A model generated the notes under the pieces. The model was given only the letters and a program-made list of their open reading frames with translations, was not told the origin of the DNA and searched no databases. Both the position numbers and the translations under genes were made by a program. Positions 9,796 to 18,661 of a stretch of 57,763 nucleotides of DNA are shown here, one piece after another; position 1 is the stretch's first letter, and each line of letters starts with the position of its first letter. The DNA is taken from the sequence record SRR22947727_1950. One strand, given 5' to 3'.

Positions 9796-10248
9796 CTACT
9801 TCTGGGAGAAGAAGTCCGTGAGGAGTGCTCCGCACTCGCCTGCAAGAACACCACCCACAACTTCATCGACACGATGAGGCAGAGTCCGATCGCGAACCAG
9901 GTCGTGCTTGCTGCCGGCCGCTCCGGCTTTGTCATCCCAGGCGCCAAAGACAAGGCGGGAGATGCGGGCTTGGGTGATCGCTCCTGCGCACATCACGCAC
10001 GGTTCAAGGGTGACCACCAGGGTGTGATCACTGAGGTTGGTGTTCTCCAGGGCGTGACCGGCTAGTCGCAACGCCACAACCTCGGCGTGAGCTGTGGGAT
10101 CGTGATCCCGCTCCTTCGTGTTCGTCGCGCTCGCGATCACCAGGCCGGAGGGGTCAACAACCAGTGCCGCTACCGGCACATCACCGGTTGCAAGAGCCTC
10201 AGAGGCCAGCTCAAGTGCCATCCTCATCAGGGACGTGTCATCCATCAC
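9796..10248 (-). CDS. tadA: tRNA adenosine(34) deaminase
   Basis: [25 protein letters not shown]. Confidence 0.9.
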   Translation of the reverse strand: MMDDTSLMRMALELASEALATGDVPVAALVVDPSGLVIASATNTKERDHDPTAHAEVVALRLAGHALENTNLSDHTLVVTLEPCVMCAGAITQARISRLVFGAWDDKAGAAGSKHDLVRDRTLPHRVDEVVGGVLAGECGALLTDFFSQK

Positions 10249-10293
10249 GAGCCCACCTTATCCAGAGCGCTGGCCTCGGGTAGTGTGAGGACC

Positions 10294-10929
10294 ATGCAGG
10301 TGCACGTAGCGGATCACCCCCTCATCTCCCACAAGCTCTCGGTTTTGCGAGATGAGACAACACCCTCTCCGGTTTTCCGTGCACTCACATCAGAGCTCGT
10401 CACCCTCCTCGCCTATGAGGCGACCCGTCACATTCGGGTGGAAGATCACCAGATCACGACCCCGGTGACCACCACCACGGGCAAGAAGCTGGCGAAGCCA
10501 CGACCCGTTGTCGTACCCATCCTCCGAGCTGGGCTCGGGATGCTGGAGGGCATGACCCAACTGTTGCCGAGCGCCGAGGTGGGCTTCTTGGGCATGGTGC
10601 GCGACGAGAAGACGCTGCAACCGAGCGTCTATGCAGAGCGTCTCCCTGAGGACCTCTCTGATCGGCAAGTCTTCATTCTCGATCCCATGTTGGCCACCGG
10701 TGGTTCGCTGCTGCAGGCCATCAACTACGTCTTTGACAAAGGCGCCACCGAAGTAACGGCGGTGTGTCTCCTCGGCGCGCCAGAAGGACTTGCGGCCCTG
10801 GAAGAAGCCACCAAGGGGCGCAACGTGACAATCGTGTTGGGGGCTCTCGATGAGAAACTCAACGAGCACGGCTTCATTGTTCCGGGCCTCGGTGATGCCG
10901 GTGACCGACTCTACGGAACTGTCGGATAA
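10294..10929 (+). CDS. upp: Uracil phosphoribosyltransferase
   Basis: [36 protein letters not shown] at 10294. Confidence 0.97.
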   Translation: MQVHVADHPLISHKLSVLRDETTPSPVFRALTSELVTLLAYEATRHIRVEDHQITTPVTTTTGKKLAKPRPVVVPILRAGLGMLEGMTQLLPSAEVGFLGMVRDEKTLQPSVYAERLPEDLSDRQVFILDPMLATGGSLLQAINYVFDKGATEVTAVCLLGAPEGLAALEEATKGRNVTIVLGALDEKLNEHGFIVPGLGDAGDRLYGTVG

Positions 10930-10940
10930 CGTCATACGAC

Positions 10941-10970
10941 TTGACGCTCCACCCAGCATGGCCCGATAAT
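10941..10970 (+). promoter_or_regulatory. Sigma-A promoter producing a leaderless transcript that starts at the poly-Cys uORF
   Basis: TTGACG-N18-GATAAT, then 6 nt to ATG at 10977. Confidence 0.7.
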
Positions 10971-10976
10971 CAAGCC

Positions 10977-11048
10977 ATGCAGAGCTCTCGTGTCACCCTG
11001 GTGCCCGCGGGTATCCGTGGCCTCTGTTGCTGTCGAATGTGTGGCTAA
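10977..11048 (+). CDS. Cysteine-rich leader peptide (uORF), 23 aa
   Basis: MQSSRVTLVPAGIRGLCCCRMCG*; 4 Cys in the last 7 codons; Cys codons complementary to 11080-11096. Confidence 0.75.
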   Translation: MQSSRVTLVPAGIRGLCCCRMCG

Positions 11049-11098
11049 TCCCCCGTTCACCGTCCTTGAGCCCTCTGCCCCTCACGAATCGACAGATT

Positions 11099-11698
11099 AT
11101 GACAACCTCTCCTCGCGAACCACGAGGGTTCGCCCTCTATGTGGGTATCACTGAAGCTGATGCCCAGGCGGCGGGCATCAGCCTGCAGCAACTCGTCACC
11201 GACCTCAAGAAGACCGTGACAGATCACGTCCCGGGGACGGAAACCCACGCTGCTATCGCTCTAGCGCCCCTCGGTGCTGGCGGTAAGCACCTCGACATTG
11301 TCCGCATGGCTCTGCACGACCCCATCGCCCTCGGGAAGCTTGCGAAGGACGCTAAACCACAGGATTCCGAGGTTGTCATCGACATTTCCCGGAAGCGGGT
11401 TCTGATTGATGATGAGCAAGCGCCGCTCACCTACAAGGAGTTCGCACTCTTGCAATTCCTTGTCTTGCGCGAAGGGCAAACGGTAAACCGCGAGGTGATC
11501 ATTGAAGCATTGTGGGCGGAGGGAGACGAGGATGCTCCAGTCGCTCGCACCATCGATGTCCACGTTCGCAGGTTGCGATCAAAGCTCGGTCGCTACGAGG
11601 ACATCGTCCGCACCGTCCGAGGGGTTGGGTACCGCTTTGACCGTCACGCTGATGTCACCATCAACTACGGTGTTGCCCAGTCTCCCGACATGATTTAG
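11099..11698 (+). CDS. Orphan regulator with OmpR/PhoB-type winged-helix DNA-binding domain and non-receiver N-terminus
   Basis: LTYKEFALLQFL…RTIDVHVRRLRSKLG…IVRTVRGVGYRF; no recognisable receiver domain; ATG 11099 preferred over tracked TTG 11027. Confidence 0.9.
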   Translation: MTTSPREPRGFALYVGITEADAQAAGISLQQLVTDLKKTVTDHVPGTETHAAIALAPLGAGGKHLDIVRMALHDPIALGKLAKDAKPQDSEVVIDISRKRVLIDDEQAPLTYKEFALLQFLVLREGQTVNREVIIEALWAEGDEDAPVARTIDVHVRRLRSKLGRYEDIVRTVRGVGYRFDRHADVTINYGVAQSPDMI

Positions 11699-11724
11699 GG
11701 CGTTTTTCCGCAGAAAAACAGCCC
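11698..11724 (+). terminator. Stem-loop after the regulator gene
   Basis: GGGC-GTTTTTC/CGCA/GAAAAAC-A-GCCC inverted repeat; no strong U tail. Confidence 0.5.
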
Positions 11725-11726
11725 AC

Positions 11727-11761
11727 TAGACACCGTTACCATTCTGTTATATATTCGTCAC
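11727..11761 (+). promoter_or_regulatory. Promoter overlaid by three 11-bp-phased direct repeats
   Basis: TAGACA-N17-TATATT; GTTAC(11735)-N6-GTTAT(11746)-N6-GTCAC(11757). Confidence 0.65.
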
Positions 11762-11864
11762 ATCGTCAGTTGTTTGCTGTGACAGCTCTCGTAAATGTGA
11801 TTGCAAGACACTCTTGGTGCAAGGGAATAGGGCCGGTCGCTCGCCTCAGCGGCCGGCCCTTATC
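11762..11864 (+). ncRNA. Candidate ~100-nt small RNA
   Basis: Own promoter upstream, no credible ORF, 13-bp GC-rich hairpin at 11829-11860; the next gene has its own -10 (TACGCT). Confidence 0.55.
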
Positions 11865-11909
11865 ACGTCCCGAACCCCGCTCCCAGGACGGGGCTCTACG
11901 CTCTCTGGT

Positions 11910-13283
11910 ATGACTTCTGGGCCTGCCATCGTGTGGTTGCGAAACGATCTCCGACTCCACGACAACCCCGCTCTTGATGCAGCGGTAGCCACGGGTGAAC
12001 CAGTTCTCATCGTGTATGTCCGGGATGAGGTGACCCCCGGTTCGCGTCCGCTCGGGCGAGCATCACAGTGGTGGCTTCACCATTCGCTGACCACTCTGCG
12101 CACCTCCATCGAGGCTCTCGGGGGCTCGCTGGTCCTCCGCACGGGATCGGGTCCCGATGTCATTCGAGAACTGGTGGCAGTGACCGGTGCGTCGGCAGTG
12201 TTCTGGAATCGACGCTATGGAATCGCGCGCGAAGCCGACGCTCTCCTGAAGGAGTCGCTCCGGGGAGCAGGTCTCACCTGTGAGAGTTTTGCCGGCAACC
12301 TCCTCTTTGAGCCTTGGACTGTTCGTACCGGAGAGGGAAACCCCTTCAAGGTTTTCACCCCTTTCTGGCGAGCAGCCCTCGCCGGTGAGCCACCACGCAC
12401 CCCGCTCGCGGCCCCCACAGCACTGCGCGCGCCGGAGGGTGTGCCGAGCGAGAACGCCGAAGACTGGGATTTACTCCCCACCAGTCCCGATTGGTCGAAC
12501 GGCCTTCAGGACATGTGGACCCCCGGTGAAGCCGGCGCCCACCAACGGCTCGAGGATTTTGTCGAGAACACGCTGAAGCTCTATCACCGACGGGATGAGC
12601 CGGGCCCGGTCACGACCTCGCGCCTCAGCCCCCACCTCAGTTTTGGGGAAATCAGCCCCCATCAGATTTGGGCGGAACTCGATCGCTCTCTTCCCGCCGA
12701 GGCAGAAAAGAACAAGGCCAAGTTCCTCTCCGAAGTGGGATGGCGGGAGTTTTCCTACAACATCCTGTTTCACTTTCCCGAGCTTGATACGAAGAACTTT
12801 CGTGCCGAGTTTGATCACTTCCCCTGGGGAGACGTTGATCCAGCGTTGCTGAAGGCTTGGCACAGAGGCACAACGGGAGTTCCCCTGGTGGATGCTGGAA
12901 TGCGGGAGCTGTGGCACACCGGTTATATGCATAACCGTGTGCGCATGGTGGTCGCCTCGTTCCTGATTAAGAACATGCTGGTCGATTGGCGTGTGGGTGA
13001 AGCCTGGTTCTGGGACACCCTCGTCGATGCCGACGAGGCCAATAATCCCGCAAGCTGGCAGTGGGTGGCCGGTAGCGGTGCAGATGCTGCCCCCTACTTC
13101 AGAGTGTTCAACCCGATGTTGCAAGCTGAGAAATTTGATCCCCAGCAGGACTACATCCGACGGTGGATTCCCGAGTACGGAACCCCTGACTACCCCAGTG
13201 AGCCAATCATCGACCTCAAAGCCAGTAGAGATCGAGCGCTCAGAGCGTTCGACGAGCTCAAGGCCTTGCGCCAGCCTTCGTAA
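11910..13283 (+). CDS. phrB: Deoxyribodipyrimidine photolyase (cryptochrome/photolyase family)
   Basis: WLRNDLRLHDNPAL, TSRLSPHLSFGEISP, GYMHNRVRM, WQWVAGSGADAAPYFRVFNP. Confidence 0.93.
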   Translation: MTSGPAIVWLRNDLRLHDNPALDAAVATGEPVLIVYVRDEVTPGSRPLGRASQWWLHHSLTTLRTSIEALGGSLVLRTGSGPDVIRELVAVTGASAVFWNRRYGIAREADALLKESLRGAGLTCESFAGNLLFEPWTVRTGEGNPFKVFTPFWRAALAGEPPRTPLAAPTALRAPEGVPSENAEDWDLLPTSPDWSNGLQDMWTPGEAGAHQRLEDFVENTLKLYHRRDEPGPVTTSRLSPHLSFGEISPHQIWAELDRSLPAEAEKNKAKFLSEVGWREFSYNILFHFPELDTKNFRAEFDHFPWGDVDPALLKAWHRGTTGVPLVDAGMRELWHTGYMHNRVRMVVASFLIKNMLVDWRVGEAWFWDTLVDADEANNPASWQWVAGSGADAAPYFRVFNPMLQAEKFDPQQDYIRRWIPEYGTPDYPSEPIIDLKASRDRALRAFDELKALRQPS

Positions 13284-14139
13284 TGCACAGAGAGGCCACC
13301 GCGATTCCTCTGTTAATGGCGTTCTCCAGAGAGTCGCCCTGAACCAAGCCCGCCAAGAGCCCCGCATTGAAGGAGTCTCCAGCGCCTGTCGGGTCCACGC
13401 TCTTCACCGACTCTGCGAGGGGGATGTGAGCCACCGAACCCCCATCAGCACGCCAGACACCCTGTGCTCCTTGCGTAACCACCACAGTGGGGAAGAGTTG
13501 CCCCAGAAATTCCACAGACTCTGCGAGGGATTCACGTCCCGAGAGAGTGAGCGCCTCGTCCTCATTACATCGCACGAGAGATACGTCCCGAATGGCCTCG
13601 AGAAACCGCTCCACCCCAAAGTCAACGAGAAACCCACTGGATGAGGCGTCCACCATGACGTTGGTGCCCCGAGAGCGAGCGAGAGCGATGAACTCCGGAA
13701 TCGACTCAGGACTGGAGTGATGGAACATGCTGTATCCGGTCAGATGCACCCACGATGAGTCATCCATCAGGGCGGGGTCAATGCCCCCGAAGTCCAGCTG
13801 GGTGTTGGCGCCACGATCGGTCAGCATTGTCCGTGATTCAGCCTCCACCACGATCACGATGGTGCCGGTGGGGTTGTCGCTATCGGCGCTGAGGTGAGCC
13901 TGCACCCCCGCGCCCTCAAACTCCTCCAGGAATCGGTGGATGTCCGCTTCCCCTACGCGTCCCACAAAGTCGACCCCAACTCCTTGGTGAGCGAGCCACA
14001 CAGCGGTGTTTGCGGCCGACCCACCAGAGCTCCTCGTAATTCGAGCAGGAGTATCGGTGTTGTGTCGAAGGGGAAGGGAGATTGTGGCGAGGATGTCGTC
14101 GATCACATCCCCCACCACCAGCACACGGGGTGGAGTCAC
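13258..14139 (-). CDS. PfkB-family carbohydrate kinase, probable pseudouridine kinase
   Basis: GGSAANTA and DPTGAGDSF PfkB signatures; GTGA overlap with psuG. Confidence 0.85.
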   Translation of the reverse strand: MTPPRVLVVGDVIDDILATISLPLRHNTDTPARITRSSGGSAANTAVWLAHQGVGVDFVGRVGEADIHRFLEEFEGAGVQAHLSADSDNPTGTIVIVVEAESRTMLTDRGANTQLDFGGIDPALMDDSSWVHLTGYSMFHHSSPESIPEFIALARSRGTNVMVDASSSGFLVDFGVERFLEAIRDVSLVRCNEDEALTLSGRESLAESVEFLGQLFPTVVVTQGAQGVWRADGGSVAHIPLAESVKSVDPTGAGDSFNAGLLAGLVQGDSLENAINRGIAVASLCITKAGARP

Positions 14140-15044
14140 GACAGTGCCGCCCACGCCTTCGCAATATCGGTGGCAACGGCAATGTTGTTCGACACCAGAT
14201 CCAGGTTCACCCCAAGACTCTCGCCCTTGGAGTGCTCAACAATGTAGGAGAGGACAAAGGGTGTCACCTCTTTACCTCGGATGCCAGCAGCCATTGCGCT
14301 CGTGAGAGCTTCCTCCAGCATCCGATCATGGGTGGCGGGGTCCCACTGCTGATCATGGGGTACCGGATTCGCGACCACGAGGCCATGTTTGTATCCCAAA
14401 CCATCTCGCGCCTGCATGATGGCAGCTACCTCCGTGGCATCCTCGACTCTCCAATCCAGGGCGTAGCTACTTTCACTGAGCCAAAAAGCCGGAAAGACAT
14501 CGGTGCGATAGCCCAAAACAGGAACGCTGAGGGTTTCGAGGCGCTCAAGAGTTGCCGAGATGTCGAGGATCGACTTCACTCCGGCAGAAACCACAGTGAT
14601 GGGTGTGGTCGCCAGGACTGAGATATCGGCAGACTCGTCAAAGGTTTCGTGTGCTCCTCGGTGGACCCCGCCCAACCCGCCGGTAGCGAACACTCGGACG
14701 CCTGCAAGAGACGCCAGCGATGCGGTGGAGGCCACCGTGGTTGCTCCTGAGATTCCCTTGCCGATGACAATCGGAAGGTCTCGAACGCTGGCTTTCGCGA
14801 TGTCCTCGGTCGCAATTCGCTCCACCTGGGAGTCGCTCAGTCCCACAGTGGGGACACCATCGAGGACAGCAACGGTGGCGGGCGTCACCCCGGCAGCGCG
14901 AATCTGGTCTTCAAATTGCCTCGCCGCTGCGAGGTTGTCAGGCCTCGGAAGCCCGTGAGCAATGATTGTTGATTCGAGGGCAACAATCGGCCCGCCCTGC
15001 GAGAGAGCATCCTGAACTTCTTCGGAAACACGGACCATAGTCAT
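14136..15044 (-). CDS. psuG: Pseudouridine-5'-phosphate glycosidase
   Basis: VALESTIIAHGLP, GATTVAST, FATGGLGGVHRG, GVKSILD, GKEVTPF. Confidence 0.94.
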   Translation of the reverse strand: MTMVRVSEEVQDALSQGGPIVALESTIIAHGLPRPDNLAAARQFEDQIRAAGVTPATVAVLDGVPTVGLSDSQVERIATEDIAKASVRDLPIVIGKGISGATTVASTASLASLAGVRVFATGGLGGVHRGAHETFDESADISVLATTPITVVSAGVKSILDISATLERLETLSVPVLGYRTDVFPAFWLSESSYALDWRVEDATEVAAIMQARDGLGYKHGLVVANPVPHDQQWDPATHDRMLEEALTSAMAAGIRGKEVTPFVLSYIVEHSKGESLGVNLDLVSNNIAVATDIAKAWAALS

Positions 15045-15111
15045 ACGCTTAGCGTATTCGTCCAGCGAATCCTCATTGCCTTCCTTATACCCCCCAGGGT
15101 ATGCTGAATCT

Positions 15112-15684
15112 ATGGCGCGCACCCGAGACGAAACCTACGACTTCGGCGAGAAAGTCGAGGGTATTGACATTCCCGTCTTCAACGAGCGTGCCGTGAGAGC
15201 CTCTGCAGGAATTCTGTTCCTCCTGGGTTTCAGCGCAGTCTCCTATGCCTTCTTCACCGGCGACTTCCAGCCTGTACGTGGTTTCGCCATCCTGTTTTTA
15301 GTGGACATGGGAATTCGGATTGGGTTCAACCATCGCTTTGCACCCTCTATAGCGCTGGGAGCATTGATCGTGCGACGACAGCGGCCCGAATGGGTGGGTG
15401 CAGCGCAGAAGCGACTCGCCTGGTCCTTGGGTTTTGGAATGGCCTTCGTTGCCTGCCTCGGAATGGGGTTCCTGGGCCTCCAAAACGAGTACATGCTCCT
15501 CTTTTGTGGATTCTGCCTCAGCCTGATGTTCTTAGAGACGGCTTTTGGAATCTGTGTGGGATGTGAGCTCTATCGGGTCTTCGCCAAAGAGAAGCCACAG
15601 TTATGCCCGGGCGACGTGTGTGACTACACCCCACCCCAGCGTCGAACCCTGTTTAGCTCAGACACCCACTCTCACACCCCTTAG
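15112..15684 (+). CDS. DUF4395 membrane protein
   Basis: NERAVRASAG, QKRLAWSLG, ETAFGICVGC, CPGDVC. Confidence 0.8.
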   Translation: MARTRDETYDFGEKVEGIDIPVFNERAVRASAGILFLLGFSAVSYAFFTGDFQPVRGFAILFLVDMGIRIGFNHRFAPSIALGALIVRRQRPEWVGAAQKRLAWSLGFGMAFVACLGMGFLGLQNEYMLLFCGFCLSLMFLETAFGICVGCELYRVFAKEKPQLCPGDVCDYTPPQRRTLFSSDTHSHTP

Positions 15685-16517
15685 AGCTGGCTGCGAATCG
15701 CCCACAAGTCGGGGAACACCGGGTTGAACAGCGTCGACGCCAAGTAGCCCACACCCGAGGACCCACCACTTCCCGGCTTGCGACCAATGGTGCGCTCCAC
15801 CATCTTCACGTGGCGATAGCGCCATTCACCCAATCCCTCATCCAGATCGACCAACGCCTCACACACCATCGAGGACTCGGGATCATGGTGATGAAGGGTC
15901 ACTAATACCGCCTGGACATCCTCCCGAGGTTCCCAGGACACAGTCACGTCACGCTCAAGGACGTCCTGAGGCATCTCATGACCCCGAACATGGCAATATC
16001 GGAGCGCCGAATCCCACACACTAGGCCTCGCCATCGCAGCCTCGACTCGATTTCTCGCTGAGGACCCCGGCACTAAATGCTCCGCCATTTTCATGCCGGT
16101 TCCCTCTGTGGCGTTCTCTCCCGCGTGATCTCTGCGACCGAGCACCGCTTCCACTTCTCGGAACTGCGCGGACTGAAAGCCACTGGCCGAGGACAAGCGG
16201 GAGCGAAACGACTGAAACTGCAGAGGCGTCATGGTCTCGAGCACATCGATCTGCTGAACACAGGTTTTCATGATGGAGCGAACCCGACCGAGAAGGGCAA
16301 GCGATCGGTGAGTGTCACCGTTTTCCAGAGCGGGCTGCAGAGCCGAAAGCTCGTGGAGAATCTGCTGGAACCAGAGCTCATAGACCTGATGAATGGTGAT
16401 GAACAACAACTCATCGTGCTCAGGTCCATCGGAGAGTGGCTCCTGCAAAGACAGGAGTTCATCGACCTTGAGATAGGTCGTGTAGGTGACGGCTTTCTGA
16501 TGATCTGCAGGAGGCAT
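15681..16517 (-). CDS. kynA: Tryptophan 2,3-dioxygenase
   Basis: YTTYLKVDELLSLQ, HDELLFITIHQVYELWF, ASGFQS, ERTIG…GGSSGVGYL. Confidence 0.95.
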   Translation of the reverse strand: MPPADHQKAVTYTTYLKVDELLSLQEPLSDGPEHDELLFITIHQVYELWFQQILHELSALQPALENGDTHRSLALLGRVRSIMKTCVQQIDVLETMTPLQFQSFRSRLSSASGFQSAQFREVEAVLGRRDHAGENATEGTGMKMAEHLVPGSSARNRVEAAMARPSVWDSALRYCHVRGHEMPQDVLERDVTVSWEPREDVQAVLVTLHHHDPESSMVCEALVDLDEGLGEWRYRHVKMVERTIGRKPGSGGSSGVGYLASTLFNPVFPDLWAIRSQL

Positions 16518-17830
16518 TAGGTAACCCTAGTCTCCTGCGGAGCCACCTCTCGATACGCACCAGACTCCATCAGGCCTCGAAGTCGGTCGAAACCATCCCA
16601 CACCTCCACATAGGACGTGGGCAGGGGAGAGATCGCGAGACGGATTGCATCCGGCGAGCGATAATCAGGCACCACATTGACCAGCTGCCGAAGGGCCAGC
16701 GCGATGGTGGCAGCCTCGGGGTGGCGGATGATGATGTGCCCACCCCGGTGGGAGGCTTCCCTGGGTGTTCCCAGAGTGAAACCATGAGGAACAAGCCAGG
16801 CGTCGACCAACTGAATCATCAGTTCGGTGCCGAGCGCTGCTTTCTTTTCGATCTCCGCAATTCCCGCGCGCTGAATCATCTCGTAGCTCGCTTGAACACC
16901 TCGAATTCCCACGATCGAGGGGCTTGCCACCTGGAAGCCTCGGATTCCTCGGGCTTTCTCGAACCACGGACCCATGATGAACTGGTCCTCTTGAGCGAAC
17001 CACCCCTTGATCGGCACCTGGAGCTCCTGCTGCAGCTCAGAACGGACGAACAACCATGCCGGGGAGCCGGGGCCTGAGTTTCCGTACTTGTAGGTACAGC
17101 CCACTGCGAGATTAATCTTGTTGCCATCAAAATCAAGATCGATGGCACCGCCTGCGTGCGAGCAATCCCAGAGCATGTGGGCACCGGCCGCGGTTACCGC
17201 GGCTTGAATCTCCGCTATTTCAGAACGTGCACCAGAGCGATAGTTGATGGCCTGAAGGGTCACGAGTGCCACATCATCACTGAGATAGGGGGAAAGAGCC
17301 TCTGCTGTGACGCGCTCGTGCTCTACTGAGACTGACACGGCTCCGGGCCCTCCCTGACCGTCAGTATCCAGTGTGAGGAGGCTTAACCCGAGGTCAGCAG
17401 CGATCCCCTCGAGGATGTAGCGGTCGGTCGGAAAGTTTGCCGAGTCGATGATGACGGTCTTTCGTCCTGGTCTGGATCGAATGGCAGCGATAGCGAGCTG
17501 GTAGAAGTTCATCGATGTTGTGTCACACACCAGGGTCTGGCCAGGTCCCGTTCCCAACGTCGCTGAGGCAAGGAGGTCTCCGGCCACTTGGGCCTCATCA
17601 ATCCAGTGCCCCCATCCCTCGACGAGCTCGGTCCCCCATTCGTGTGTCACAAAAGAGGCAACAGAGTCCCTCGTCGCAAGGGGGAGCTTCCCTAGAGAAT
17701 TTCCATCCAGGTAACACTGATGTGGGTCAGCATGAAAGAACTCGGACCGAAAGGAGCCGAGGGGGTCACGGCTGTCCAGGAGCTCAGCAGTGGTGCGCTC
17801 CGTTGCCACCCCCGGTAGTTCTACCGTCAT
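16517..17830 (-). CDS. kynU: Kynureninase
   Basis: YLDGNSLG, NFPTDRY, WDCSHAGG, GCTYKYGNSGPGSP (PLP lysine); TAATG coupling to kynA. Confidence 0.95.
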   Translation of the reverse strand: MTVELPGVATERTTAELLDSRDPLGSFRSEFFHADPHQCYLDGNSLGKLPLATRDSVASFVTHEWGTELVEGWGHWIDEAQVAGDLLASATLGTGPGQTLVCDTTSMNFYQLAIAAIRSRPGRKTVIIDSANFPTDRYILEGIAADLGLSLLTLDTDGQGGPGAVSVSVEHERVTAEALSPYLSDDVALVTLQAINYRSGARSEIAEIQAAVTAAGAHMLWDCSHAGGAIDLDFDGNKINLAVGCTYKYGNSGPGSPAWLFVRSELQQELQVPIKGWFAQEDQFIMGPWFEKARGIRGFQVASPSIVGIRGVQASYEMIQRAGIAEIEKKAALGTELMIQLVDAWLVPHGFTLGTPREASHRGGHIIIRHPEAATIALALRQLVNVVPDYRSPDAIRLAISPLPTSYVEVWDGFDRLRGLMESGAYREVAPQETRVT

Positions 17831-17864
17831 TCCCCCAGCTTAGGGTTCTTGCTGGACCGCTTCC

Positions 17865-18644
17865 TTACCCAAACTTTCCGGACACGTAATCCTCGGTCGC
17901 TTTGACGGACGGATTGGAAAACATCTTCTCTGTGGTGTCGTACTCAATGAGCTTTCCTGGCATTCCTGTGCCCGCAATATTGAAGAAAGCCGTCATGTCA
18001 CTCACTCGGCTTGCCTGTTGCATGTTGTGGGTCACGATCACGATGGTGTACTCGGACTTGAGCTCTTCAATAAGGTCCTCAATCGCAAGAGTAGAAATGG
18101 GGTCCAGAGCGGAACAAGGTTCATCCATCAAAATGACTTCTGGCTCGACCGCGATGGTGCGAGCAATACAGAGACGCTGCTGCTGACCTCCTGAGATTCC
18201 TGAGCCTGGCTTGTCGAGACGGTCTTTCACCTCCTCCCAGAGGTTCGCTCCCCGCAAGGACTTCTCCACCAGTTCATCAGCGTCTGACTTAGAAATCCTC
18301 CGATTATTCAATTTCACCCCGGCCAAAACGTTGTCACGAATCGACATCGTCGGGAACGGGTTAGGGCGCTGGAACACCATGCCAATCTGGCGGCGAACGG
18401 ATACCGGGTCAACGCCTGAGGCGTACAGATTGTTTCCGTCCACAAGAACTTCACCATCCACATATGCGCCGGGAATAACTTCGTGCATTCGGTTCAAAGT
18501 ACGGATGAGCGTCGATTTGCCACACCCAGAAGGTCCGATGAACGCGGTCACACTTCGAGGAGCAATCTCCATACTGACGCCCTCAACAGCCAGGAACTTT
18601 CCGTAATACACGTTGAGGTCCTTGATTTCTATGCGCATTGACAT
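17865..18644 (-). CDS. pstB: Phosphate ABC transporter ATPase
   Basis: [39 protein letters not shown]. Confidence 0.97.
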   Translation of the reverse strand: MSMRIEIKDLNVYYGKFLAVEGVSMEIAPRSVTAFIGPSGCGKSTLIRTLNRMHEVIPGAYVDGEVLVDGNNLYASGVDPVSVRRQIGMVFQRPNPFPTMSIRDNVLAGVKLNNRRISKSDADELVEKSLRGANLWEEVKDRLDKPGSGISGGQQQRLCIARTIAVEPEVILMDEPCSALDPISTLAIEDLIEELKSEYTIVIVTHNMQQASRVSDMTAFFNIAGTGMPGKLIEYDTTEKMFSNPSVKATEDYVSGKFG

Positions 18645-18661
18645 GGGATTTCCTACTTTTC

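Noticed and set aside
11027-11098. TTG-start extension of the winged-helix regulator
   Set aside because: It overlaps the poly-Cys uORF in another frame and has no RBS; ATG 11099 is more plausible.
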